A stretch of 63,459 nt of DNA, the filler included. It is 3 parts of 3 records of this genome, joined end to end, with 100 filler letters (N's around TTAATTAATTAA, not from the genome) between each part and the next. Parts side by side here need not be neighbours in the genome. Positions count along the whole stretch, not along the records: positions 1 to 26,704 come from DRR723986_3467; 2 more parts are not named here. One strand, 5' to 3'. A program made the position numbers and the translations under genes. The notes beneath the pieces were generated by a model. That model worked only from the letters and a program-made list of their open reading frames with translations. It made no database searches and was not told the origin of the DNA. Positions 1 through 8,190 of the stretch are shown here, piece by piece. The first letter of the stretch is position 1. Every line of letters starts with the position of its first letter.

Positions 1-1
1 G

Positions 2-229
2 CAGCCGCGTGAATTCCGCCTTCTGGAATATCTCATGCAGAACGCCGGTCAGGTTGTGACCCGTACGATGTTGCTCGAAAACGTCTGGGAATATCACTTC
101 GATCCGCAGACCAACGTGATCGACGTCCATATCTCCCGTCTGCGCGGCAAGATCGACAAGGGTTTCGAAACACCACTTCTGCACACCATCCGGGGTGCCG
201 GATATACGATCCGTGACGCGGCTCACTAG
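2..229 (+). CDS. OmpR/PhoB-family response regulator, C-terminal winged-helix (5'-truncated at window edge)
   Basis: Frame open from position 2: QPREFRLLEYLMQNAGQVVTRTMLLENVW...NVIDVHISRLRGKID...TIRGAGY, classic OmpR DNA-binding motif. Confidence 0.93.
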   Translation, partial: QPREFRLLEYLMQNAGQVVTRTMLLENVWEYHFDPQTNVIDVHISRLRGKIDKGFETPLLHTIRGAGYTIRDAAH

Positions 230-1667
230 GTTTACCAGAACCACAGCCTTCAAGCTGTCGCTGCTCTACATTGCCGTCTTCACGGTGATGTCCGGTGTGC
301 TGCTGTTCTATATTGCGGACAACACGGACAACCTGATGTCCGAGCAGGTGGTTCAATCCGTCGATTCAGAACTGAAAACCCTTGCCGACGTCTATGTGCG
401 CGGCGGTGTTCGCGATCTTGTCGAAACCATCGACAGGCGGTCCCGCCATCCAGATGCCAGCCTTTATCTCCTCGTCGATTTCGCCGGCAATGCGCTTGTC
501 GGGAATATTGCCCGCCTGCCGACCACCGTTCTCGAAGAAGCCGATGGTGGATTGCGCCGGGTTCGTTACACGCGCCTTGGCCAGGATGCAGAAGACGTAG
601 AGCGGCAGGCCATGGTGCGCACGTTTGAGCTTCGCGGCGGCTTCCGTCTGCTGGTTGGGCGTGACCTGGGTGACCAGCTCAGGTTCTCCAACCTTCTGGC
701 CAACGCCTTGCGCCTGTGGCTGGTCGTCGTGGTGGTCATGGCCGCGATCACCTGGCTGTTTGTCAGCCGCAGGGTGATGAAGCGCATCGACGAGATTTCC
801 GCCACCAGTCGCACGATCATGCAGGGCGAGCTCTCCGGCCGTCTGCCCGTTGCGGGCAATGACGACGAATTCGATCGCCTGGCGATCAATCTCAACACGA
901 TGCTCGACCGGATCGAACTGCTGATGCAGTCGATGAAGGATGTGACAGACAACATCGCCCATGACCTGAAGACGCCTCTGACGCGCCTGCAGACCCGGAT
1001 CGAAAATGCCTTGCGGGAAGCCAAGGGGGAGGAGGGCTACCGCGGCGCCCTGGAAGCGACACTGGAGGAATCCGACCAGCTCCTGAGGATATTCAACGCG
1101 CTGCTGCGTATTGCGCGTGTTGAATCCATGGCACCGGCCTCCGTCATGGAGCCGACCGATCTCAACAAGCTGGTTGCCGAAGTTGCCGAACTTTACGAGC
1201 CGTTGGTTGAAGATGAGGGTGGCAAGCTTGAAACCGATTTGCCCGAAGGGCTGAAGGCAGACTGTAATCGCGACCTCATCAGCCAGGTACTGGTGAATCT
1301 CATTGAGAATGCACTGAAATACGGTCGTCCTGAAACTGGCGAGCTGCTTATTCGCCTTGGCGGGCGGGAGGAGGACGGTCGCATCGTCCTCAGCGTCACC
1401 GACAATGGTCCCGGCATTCCGGAAAAAGACCAGGACCGGGTGAAGGAACGTTTCGTTCGGTTGGAGGAAAGCCGTTCCGAACCTGGAACAGGCCTTGGAT
1501 TGAGTCTTGTCAAGGCGGTTGCCCGCTTGCATGGCGGAGACTTGCGCTTCATGAATGAGAACCCGGGGCTGAGCGCCCGGATCGATCTCAAGCCGGTGAA
1601 ACCGGACAGCAGCAGGAGCGGGCATGAACAAGGCGGCACAGCCGGGCAAACGGGAGAAGGGAACTGA
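213..1667 (+). CDS. HAMP-domain sensor histidine kinase
   Basis: Two TM segments, HAMP, H-box IAHDLKTPL, N-box NLIENALKY, G-boxes DNGPG/GTGLGL; likely GTG start at 213 overlapping the regulator end. Confidence 0.92.
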   Translation: MTRLTRFTRTTAFKLSLLYIAVFTVMSGVLLFYIADNTDNLMSEQVVQSVDSELKTLADVYVRGGVRDLVETIDRRSRHPDASLYLLVDFAGNALVGNIARLPTTVLEEADGGLRRVRYTRLGQDAEDVERQAMVRTFELRGGFRLLVGRDLGDQLRFSNLLANALRLWLVVVVVMAAITWLFVSRRVMKRIDEISATSRTIMQGELSGRLPVAGNDDEFDRLAINLNTMLDRIELLMQSMKDVTDNIAHDLKTPLTRLQTRIENALREAKGEEGYRGALEATLEESDQLLRIFNALLRIARVESMAPASVMEPTDLNKLVAEVAELYEPLVEDEGGKLETDLPEGLKADCNRDLISQVLVNLIENALKYGRPETGELLIRLGGREEDGRIVLSVTDNGPGIPEKDQDRVKERFVRLEESRSEPGTGLGLSLVKAVARLHGGDLRFMNENPGLSARIDLKPVKPDSSRSGHEQGGTAGQTGEGN

Positions 1668-4620
1668 CCAGGACGGTGGCGCGGGCGTTCTGGCCGACCG
1701 GATCGCGGTGGTCCCAACGGCACCGGATCCCGATCATGCAGCCCTGTTCCTGAAAGATCTTCTGGCTCATGCCGAAGCCGGCGAGGCCCTCAACGCTCTT
1801 CTGCACGAAAAACCGGACCTGGAAGGTTTCCTGATCGGGGTCATTGGAAACTCGCCCTATCTGCGCGATCTGATGCTTGCCGATCCACCGCGTCTCCTTC
1901 GCTTGCTGCAGGAAGCGCCGGAAAGCCGTCTTGAAAACCTGCTGTCTGCTGCCCGTGAAGCGCGGGCGGAGGACGAGGCCGGTATCATGCGGACCTTGCG
2001 CCACTTCAAACACGACCTCGCCTTGACGCTCGGCCTCGCCGATATCTCCGGTGCGATCGGTCTGAACCGCGTTACCGGTGCCCTGGCCGGGTTTGCCGAC
2101 GCCGCGCTGACAGCGGCAATCAGGTTCTGCCTCGGCGATCTGGTCCGTCTGAACAAGTTCGCACCTCATGACCTGGAGAAGCCGGAAGTCGATAGCGGTC
2201 TCATCGTTCTTGCCATGGGCAAGCACGGTGCAAACGAGCTGAACTATTCGTCCGATATCGATCTGATCGTTCTTTACGACCCGGCCAAGGCACCCATGGC
2301 GGGAACAGCGGAAGCTCCGGTGGAATTCGTTCGGCTGACGCGGCGCCTGGTCAAGATCATGCAGGACCGGACCGCGGACGGTTACGTCTTCCGTACGGAT
2401 CTTCGCCTGCGCCCCGATCCCGGTGCGACCCCGCTTGCCATGTCGGTGCCCGCTGCGCTCGTCTATTACGAATCCCTGGGGCAGAACTGGGAACGGGCGG
2501 CGCTGATCAAGGCGCGGCCTTGCGCGGGCGACATTCCCGCCGGCGAATCCTTCCTGCATGAAATCGTGCCGTTCATCTGGCGCAAGTACCTGGACTTTGC
2601 GGCAATTGCAGACGTGCAGTCGATCAAGCGCCAGATCCATATGCACAAGGGGCACGGGGCCATTGCGGTCGCCGGACATAACGTCAAGCTCGGCCGAGGC
2701 GGCATCCGGGAAGTGGAGTTCTTCGTCCAGACCCAGCAGCTGATCGCGGGTGGCCGCAACCCGGCCCTTCGCGGACGTCGCACACTCGACATGCTGGACG
2801 CTCTGGTGGATGCAGACTGGATCAAGGGCAAGACACGCGACGAAATGGCCGCCGCCTACCGGTTCCTGCGCAATGTCGAGCATCGCATCCAGATGCTGAA
2901 CGACGAGCAGACCCAGCTTCTGCCGAAGGATGAAGACGGCATGAAGCGGGTTTCCGCGCTGATGGGCTACGACACGCTTGCAGCCTTTGAAACGGCACTG
3001 CTCGACCACTTGCGAACGGTTCAGCACCATTATGCCGAACTGTTCGAAGATGAACCGGCACTGTCGTCCGAACTGGGCAATCTGGTCTTTACCGGCGATG
3101 ACCACGATCCGGGTACCCTGGAGACGCTTGCCGGTCTTGGTTTCAAGCAGCCTGCTGAAGCTGCCGCGATCGTCAAGGCCTGGCATTTCGGCCGCTATCC
3201 GTGCACCCGTTCGACCAAGGCGCGCGAGCGGCTGACCGAAATGCATCCTGCGCTTCTCAGTGCGCTGGCGGCCACGGACAATGCGGACGCTGCCCTGCGG
3301 GCGTTCGACAACTTTCTGGCCAAGCTTCCAGCGGGCGTGCAGCTGTTCTCGCTGCTGAGGTCCAATCCACAGCTCCTGACGTTGCTGGCAACCACCATGG
3401 GCGCTGCGCCACGCATGGCCGAAACGGTCTCCAAGCGGGTTCATGTGTTGGATGCAGTCCTCGATCCGGCGTTTTTCGGCGCCATGCCGAGCGTCGAGGA
3501 GTTCCGCGCCGGGCTCGACAGAACCCTGTCTCAGGCCCGCTTTTATGAGGAAGCACTGGACAGGGCGCGGATATTTACCCAGGAGCAGCAGTTCCTGATC
3601 GGCCTGCGGATGATTTCAGATACCTTGTCCGCCGACCGGGTAGGGTTTGCACTGGCACGGCTGGCCGAAGTTGTCGTCGACCGGATCCTGAAGCAGGTGA
3701 TCGTGCATGTCGGCGAAAGCAACGGCACGGTGCCGGGGGGCAATATCGCGGTCCTGGCCATGGGCAAGCTTGGGGGGCGCGAAATGACGGCAGCCTCCGA
3801 TCTGGACCTGATTCTTCTTTACGAAGCTCCGGAAGACGTCAAGCAGTCTGATGGTAAGCGGCCTCTTGCGATCACCCAGTATTACACCCGTCTGACGCAG
3901 CGGCTGGTCACGGCCCTCAGCGCACCGACGGCCGAAGGCTCGCTTTACGAGGTTGATTTCCGGCTTCGTCCGTCCGGCAATGCAGGCCCGCTCGCGACCA
4001 ATCTCGACGGCTTCATAGCCTACCAGCAGAAAGAGGCCTGGACCTGGGAGCATATGGCTCTGACGCGTGGACGGGTGATTGCCTCCACGACGCCTGAGTT
4101 CAAGCAGAAGATCGTCGACAGCATCTGCGGAACGTTGGTGCAGACGCGTGATCTGACGAAGCTGGCCGACGATGTTCGCACCATGCGTGCCCGGATCGAG
4201 AAGGAAAAAGGCACCAAGGATGTCTGGGATCTGAAACAGGTGGCCGGCGGTCTGGTCGATATCGAGTTTCTTGCCCAGTTTCTGCAGCTTGCACACGCTC
4301 AGGAAAACCCGGAAATCCTGGCGCAAAGCACGGAGCAGGCTTTGGAACTGGCCCGCGACGCCGGCTTCCTGACCCTGGGCGACGCCGGGCTGTTGCTGGA
4401 AGCTCTCAGGCTTTACCACCGTCTGACCCAGGTGTTGCGGCTGGCTCTTTCCGGCAAGTTCGTGCCGGCAGAAGCACCCCGCGGGGTGCTGGATCTCCTG
4501 GTTCAAGCCTCCGGCAGTCCGACTTTCACCCGGTTGGAAGCAGAGCTCGCAGACCTTCAGGTGAAGGTGCGCGAGACGTTTGTGCGGCTGATTGGCGAGG
4601 TTGAAACGGTCAACACTTGA
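1624..4620 (+). CDS. glnE: Bifunctional glutamine-synthetase adenylyltransferase/deadenylylase
   Basis: 998 aa; two nucleotidyltransferase motifs (AMGKHGANELNYSSDIDL, AMGKLGGREMTAASDLDL), DLRLRP/DFRLRPSG, WERAALIKAR. Confidence 0.96.
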   Translation: MNKAAQPGKREKGTDQDGGAGVLADRIAVVPTAPDPDHAALFLKDLLAHAEAGEALNALLHEKPDLEGFLIGVIGNSPYLRDLMLADPPRLLRLLQEAPESRLENLLSAAREARAEDEAGIMRTLRHFKHDLALTLGLADISGAIGLNRVTGALAGFADAALTAAIRFCLGDLVRLNKFAPHDLEKPEVDSGLIVLAMGKHGANELNYSSDIDLIVLYDPAKAPMAGTAEAPVEFVRLTRRLVKIMQDRTADGYVFRTDLRLRPDPGATPLAMSVPAALVYYESLGQNWERAALIKARPCAGDIPAGESFLHEIVPFIWRKYLDFAAIADVQSIKRQIHMHKGHGAIAVAGHNVKLGRGGIREVEFFVQTQQLIAGGRNPALRGRRTLDMLDALVDADWIKGKTRDEMAAAYRFLRNVEHRIQMLNDEQTQLLPKDEDGMKRVSALMGYDTLAAFETALLDHLRTVQHHYAELFEDEPALSSELGNLVFTGDDHDPGTLETLAGLGFKQPAEAAAIVKAWHFGRYPCTRSTKARERLTEMHPALLSALAATDNADAALRAFDNFLAKLPAGVQLFSLLRSNPQLLTLLATTMGAAPRMAETVSKRVHVLDAVLDPAFFGAMPSVEEFRAGLDRTLSQARFYEEALDRARIFTQEQQFLIGLRMISDTLSADRVGFALARLAEVVVDRILKQVIVHVGESNGTVPGGNIAVLAMGKLGGREMTAASDLDLILLYEAPEDVKQSDGKRPLAITQYYTRLTQRLVTALSAPTAEGSLYEVDFRLRPSGNAGPLATNLDGFIAYQQKEAWTWEHMALTRGRVIASTTPEFKQKIVDSICGTLVQTRDLTKLADDVRTMRARIEKEKGTKDVWDLKQVAGGLVDIEFLAQFLQLAHAQENPEILAQSTEQALELARDAGFLTLGDAGLLLEALRLYHRLTQVLRLALSGKFVPAEAPRGVLDLLVQASGSPTFTRLEAELADLQVKVRETFVRLIGEVETVNT

Positions 4621-4731
4621 CCCCGATTGCCAAGCTGTTTCCATTGGGATAGGGAAGGACCGCGCAGGCGGCCGATTTCAAATCATTCGCGCTCACTTGA
4701 GCGAACCCTTTCCCATACTCTGAGAAGCCTT

Positions 4732-5625
4732 ATGACTTATTCATTCGACGAAACGGTCCGTCGTCCGGACCGGAGCGACCGTATTGCGCTGGCCGGCAGC
4801 CGTGTGTTTGCCTGGTCTGAATGGGGTCCGGTCACAGGCACGCCGGTTCTGTTTCTGACAGGCGCCGGCATGGCCGGCACACTTGGCTTTGGCCTGGAAC
4901 ATCTCGAAAAGCTAAACCTTCGACTGATTGCACCGGACAGGCCGGGCCTCGGCGCTTCATCGCCCGATCCTGACAAGTCACTGGCAAGTGTCGCGCGTGA
5001 CGTTGGCGAACTTGTTGCGAACCTTGGCCTTGTCGGCATCCCAGTGGTCGCCTTTTCGCAAGGAGCGCCTTTCGCTTTCGCCGCTGCAGCGTCGGGAACT
5101 GCAAGCTCCCTGGCGATCGTCTCCGGTCAGGATGAATTCTACCGTCCGGAATTCGCTGATGGTTTGCCGGATCAGGTGAGGGATATGACCCGGCATGCAC
5201 AGGAAGATCCCGCTGGGTTTTCTGCCATGCTTGAAGGCTTCGCCGAGCCGGATGGCTTCTACGACCTGGTGCTGTCGATGAGCTCACCGGAAGACAGGTC
5301 GGTATATGGCGTCGAACCTTTCGCCGCAGCCTACAGGCACGCCCTTCGGGAAGGTTTCAGGCAGGGACCGAAAGGATACGTCCTTGATACGCTCGCAGCG
5401 CTCAGGCCCTGGTGTATCGACCTTGGCATGATCAACTGCCCGGTCTCGCTCTGGTACGGCGGCAAGGATGGCAGCCCGGTTCATTCACCGGACTTCGGTC
5501 TTTCGCTCGCAAGCAGACTGCCCAATGCAAGCCGCCGGTTCATTCCGGAGGAAGGCGGCGCATTGCTGTGGACCCGTTCGCTCGACATCCTGAGCGAACT
5601 GGCAACAACAAGCGACAACGACTGA
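4732..5625 (+). CDS. Alpha/beta-fold hydrolase
   Basis: LIAPDRPGLGAS, nucleophile elbow AFSQG, WYGGKD; ATG at 4732. Confidence 0.85.
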   Translation: MTYSFDETVRRPDRSDRIALAGSRVFAWSEWGPVTGTPVLFLTGAGMAGTLGFGLEHLEKLNLRLIAPDRPGLGASSPDPDKSLASVARDVGELVANLGLVGIPVVAFSQGAPFAFAAAASGTASSLAIVSGQDEFYRPEFADGLPDQVRDMTRHAQEDPAGFSAMLEGFAEPDGFYDLVLSMSSPEDRSVYGVEPFAAAYRHALREGFRQGPKGYVLDTLAALRPWCIDLGMINCPVSLWYGGKDGSPVHSPDFGLSLASRLPNASRRFIPEEGGALLWTRSLDILSELATTSDND

Positions 5626-5679
5626 TCTGCTGTGCTTTAGGGCTACGGACAACCTGGCTCGCCTGGAGGGTAAAGCCCT

Positions 5680-8034
5680 TCAGGCGGCTTCCTTGTCGGC
5701 AAGCGGCAAGGTGAAGCTGACAGTGGTGCCTTTCTTGACTTCCGACTTGATTACCAGCGCTCCGCCATGAAGTTCAACCAGCGAGCGGGCGATGGCTAGT
5801 CCGAGGCCCGAGCCCTGGTGGGTCTTGGTGAACTGGTTTTCCACCTGCACGAAGGGTTGGGCGAGGCGTTCTATATCGCGCTCTGAAATTCCGATGCCTG
5901 TGTCGATCACTTCGAAATGCAGCTTGTCTCCGCGTGGCCGCGCCCTGAGCGTGACGGTGCCATTGTCCGGCGTGAACTTCACCGCATTGGCCAGCAGGTT
6001 CAGCAGGATCTGTTTGAGCGCCCGCTTGTCTGCGTGCACCGAGACGTTTTCAACGACATCGGTGGTGACGGTGATGTTCTTCTCGGTCGCAGCTCCCGTG
6101 ACGATCCGGCTGGCATCTTCGGCCGATTCCGAAGCATTGACCGTTTCGGTCTCGATACTCATGCGACCGGCTTCGATCTTGGACATGTCGAGGATGTCGT
6201 TGATCACGTTCAGCAGGTAAGTGCCGGATGAATAGATATCCTTGCAGTAGTCGGAATACCTGTCGGTGCCGACGGGGCCGAACATTTCCTGCGTCATGAT
6301 GTCGGAGAAGCCGATGATGGCGTTGAGCGGCGTTCTCAGTTCATGAGAAATATTGGCCAGGAATTCGGACTTGGCCTTGTTGGCGGCTTCCGCCCGGGTT
6401 TTCTCTTCCTGGTACTTCTCTGCCATTTCCACCAGCTGCCGGGCCTGAACCTCAAGGGTCTGGCGGGACTTCTGGAGATCGGAAACGGTTGCCCTCAGCC
6501 GCTTTTCGGAGTCGATCAGTTTTTCTTCGTGCTTCTTGAGCGGGGTAATGTCGGTCCCGACAGACACGAAACCGCCGTCCTTGGTGCGCCGCTCGGAAAT
6601 CTGCAGCCAGCGACCGTCTTCCAGTTGCGCTTCGTAGGAGCCGTCAGGAGCGCCGCCACGCTGGCGAAGAGTGACCGGTTGCGGTGCTACTTCGGCATTG
6701 GAGGCAGCTGCCATCACGTCCTTGTAGGGTGTGCCAGGCTTAATCACGGCGTTCGGCAGGCTGTGCAGCGACTGATAGTTGGAATTGCAGATCACAAGCT
6801 CGTTTCGGGCATTCCACAGAACGAAAGCTTCCGAGATTGTCTCGATCGCATCACGCAGGCGAAGATCTGCCATACGGCTCTGTTCGGCAAGCTCGTGCTG
6901 CTCGGTAATGTCGATGCAGATACCGATGAGGTGCGGCTCGGCACGGCCGGGTTCCGACTGGATTTCACCACGGGCGCGAAGCCAGATCCAGCTTCCGTCG
7001 GCGTGGCGCATGCGGAAGGTCTCATCGACCAGGGTTTCACCGCTTTCAAGCAGGTGCTCGGCAAGGCCCAGAAGGTCGATGTCATCGGGATGGGTGATGT
7101 CGGCGACATCGGCAAAGCTGAGAATATCGTCCTTGGGTTCGCGTCCGAGCAGTTCGTACAGCGAAGACGACCAGAACATTCTGCCGCGCGACAGATCCCA
7201 GTCGAACAGTCCGCAGCGGCCGTGGGTGAGGGCGGTGTCGATGCGGGCACGGGTTGCCGCATACATGTCGTCGGCCGCTTCCGCGCGGGTTGCCTGGCTG
7301 AAGAAGCCGTAGATGACCGCAAGCAGCACCAGCGAAGTTCCGACGAAAAGCGTCACATTTGCCGAAAGGTCATCCCGCCACTGGCTGAAGATCTCGTTTT
7401 CCGGCTGCAGCACCGCCACCATTCCGAGGCGGCCATCGAGGTGATGAACCGTTGCAAGAACCTGTTCTTGGCCTCGGCCTGTGCCAAGGTTGGTGGCAAC
7501 CGGCATCACGCCGGCACGGGCGCCAAACACCATGAGCGGCTGTGACGGGCCGAGCAGGTCGCTGATCGGCCGGCTCTCAAGCGATGGCTGGAGCGGTGCC
7601 GAGGCAACGATGGTGCCGGATTGGTCGGCAACGAGATAGATGCGGCCCTTGCTGGTCGCCCCTGTGGGCAGACTGTCGGCAAGGATGCGTTTCAACGTCG
7701 TCCGGTAGCCCGTTTCAGGCAGATCGTTTTCCGACGACATCAGGCCGCTGGCGACGACAGTTGCCATCAGGCTGAGCGTAACCTGGGCGTTTTCCTGGGT
7801 CCGGGTGTAATCGCTGACAAGGTCACCGGTGCGGAACAGGGCGAGTATGACGATGAAGATGATGGCGAGGCCGGGAATGAGGCGTCGCATCAGGCTATCG
7901 GAGCGGGCCAGGCTTTCGGCCAGAGCGCCGAGGAGGGGGCGCAGAGGCAGGCGTTTTGTGCCTGCGTCTGTCTCCCACTCAGACTCCTTCTCGCCACGCC
8001 GCGCAGATGCGTCGCCAGCTAATGCTCTCGCCAT
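5680..8034 (-). CDS. pleC: PAS-domain cell-cycle histidine kinase/phosphatase PleC
   Basis: Two TM, PAS domains, H-box FLANISHELRTPLNAIIGFS (PleC/DivJ type); position between glnE and pepN matches the rhizobial arrangement. Confidence 0.8.
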   Translation of the reverse strand: MARALAGDASARRGEKESEWETDAGTKRLPLRPLLGALAESLARSDSLMRRLIPGLAIIFIVILALFRTGDLVSDYTRTQENAQVTLSLMATVVASGLMSSENDLPETGYRTTLKRILADSLPTGATSKGRIYLVADQSGTIVASAPLQPSLESRPISDLLGPSQPLMVFGARAGVMPVATNLGTGRGQEQVLATVHHLDGRLGMVAVLQPENEIFSQWRDDLSANVTLFVGTSLVLLAVIYGFFSQATRAEAADDMYAATRARIDTALTHGRCGLFDWDLSRGRMFWSSSLYELLGREPKDDILSFADVADITHPDDIDLLGLAEHLLESGETLVDETFRMRHADGSWIWLRARGEIQSEPGRAEPHLIGICIDITEQHELAEQSRMADLRLRDAIETISEAFVLWNARNELVICNSNYQSLHSLPNAVIKPGTPYKDVMAAASNAEVAPQPVTLRQRGGAPDGSYEAQLEDGRWLQISERRTKDGGFVSVGTDITPLKKHEEKLIDSEKRLRATVSDLQKSRQTLEVQARQLVEMAEKYQEEKTRAEAANKAKSEFLANISHELRTPLNAIIGFSDIMTQEMFGPVGTDRYSDYCKDIYSSGTYLLNVINDILDMSKIEAGRMSIETETVNASESAEDASRIVTGAATEKNITVTTDVVENVSVHADKRALKQILLNLLANAVKFTPDNGTVTLRARPRGDKLHFEVIDTGIGISERDIERLAQPFVQVENQFTKTHQGSGLGLAIARSLVELHGGALVIKSEVKKGTTVSFTLPLADKEAA

Positions 8035-8132
8035 AGGAAGTGTGCCTCAAAAACCGCCGCGTCGGGGGTGCCCCGAATCACTTCCATTTGAATCAAATCG
8101 TCTGTTTTTGTCCAGACCCGTCAAAGAATAAA

Positions 8133-8175
8133 ATGGTTAACGCAAATCCGGATTTTCCGTTCTTTCGTTAACCTT
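8133..8175. promoter_or_regulatory. Putative CtrA half-sites upstream of pleC
   Basis: ATGGTTAA at 8133-8140 (TTAACCAT on minus strand) and TTAACCTT at 8168-8175. Confidence 0.55.
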
Positions 8176-8190
8176 TCTCAGTATTGCAGA

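Noticed and set aside
1624-1667. 44-bp overlap between the histidine kinase and glnE
   Set aside because: Both termini are low-complexity tails; an ordinary operon overlap
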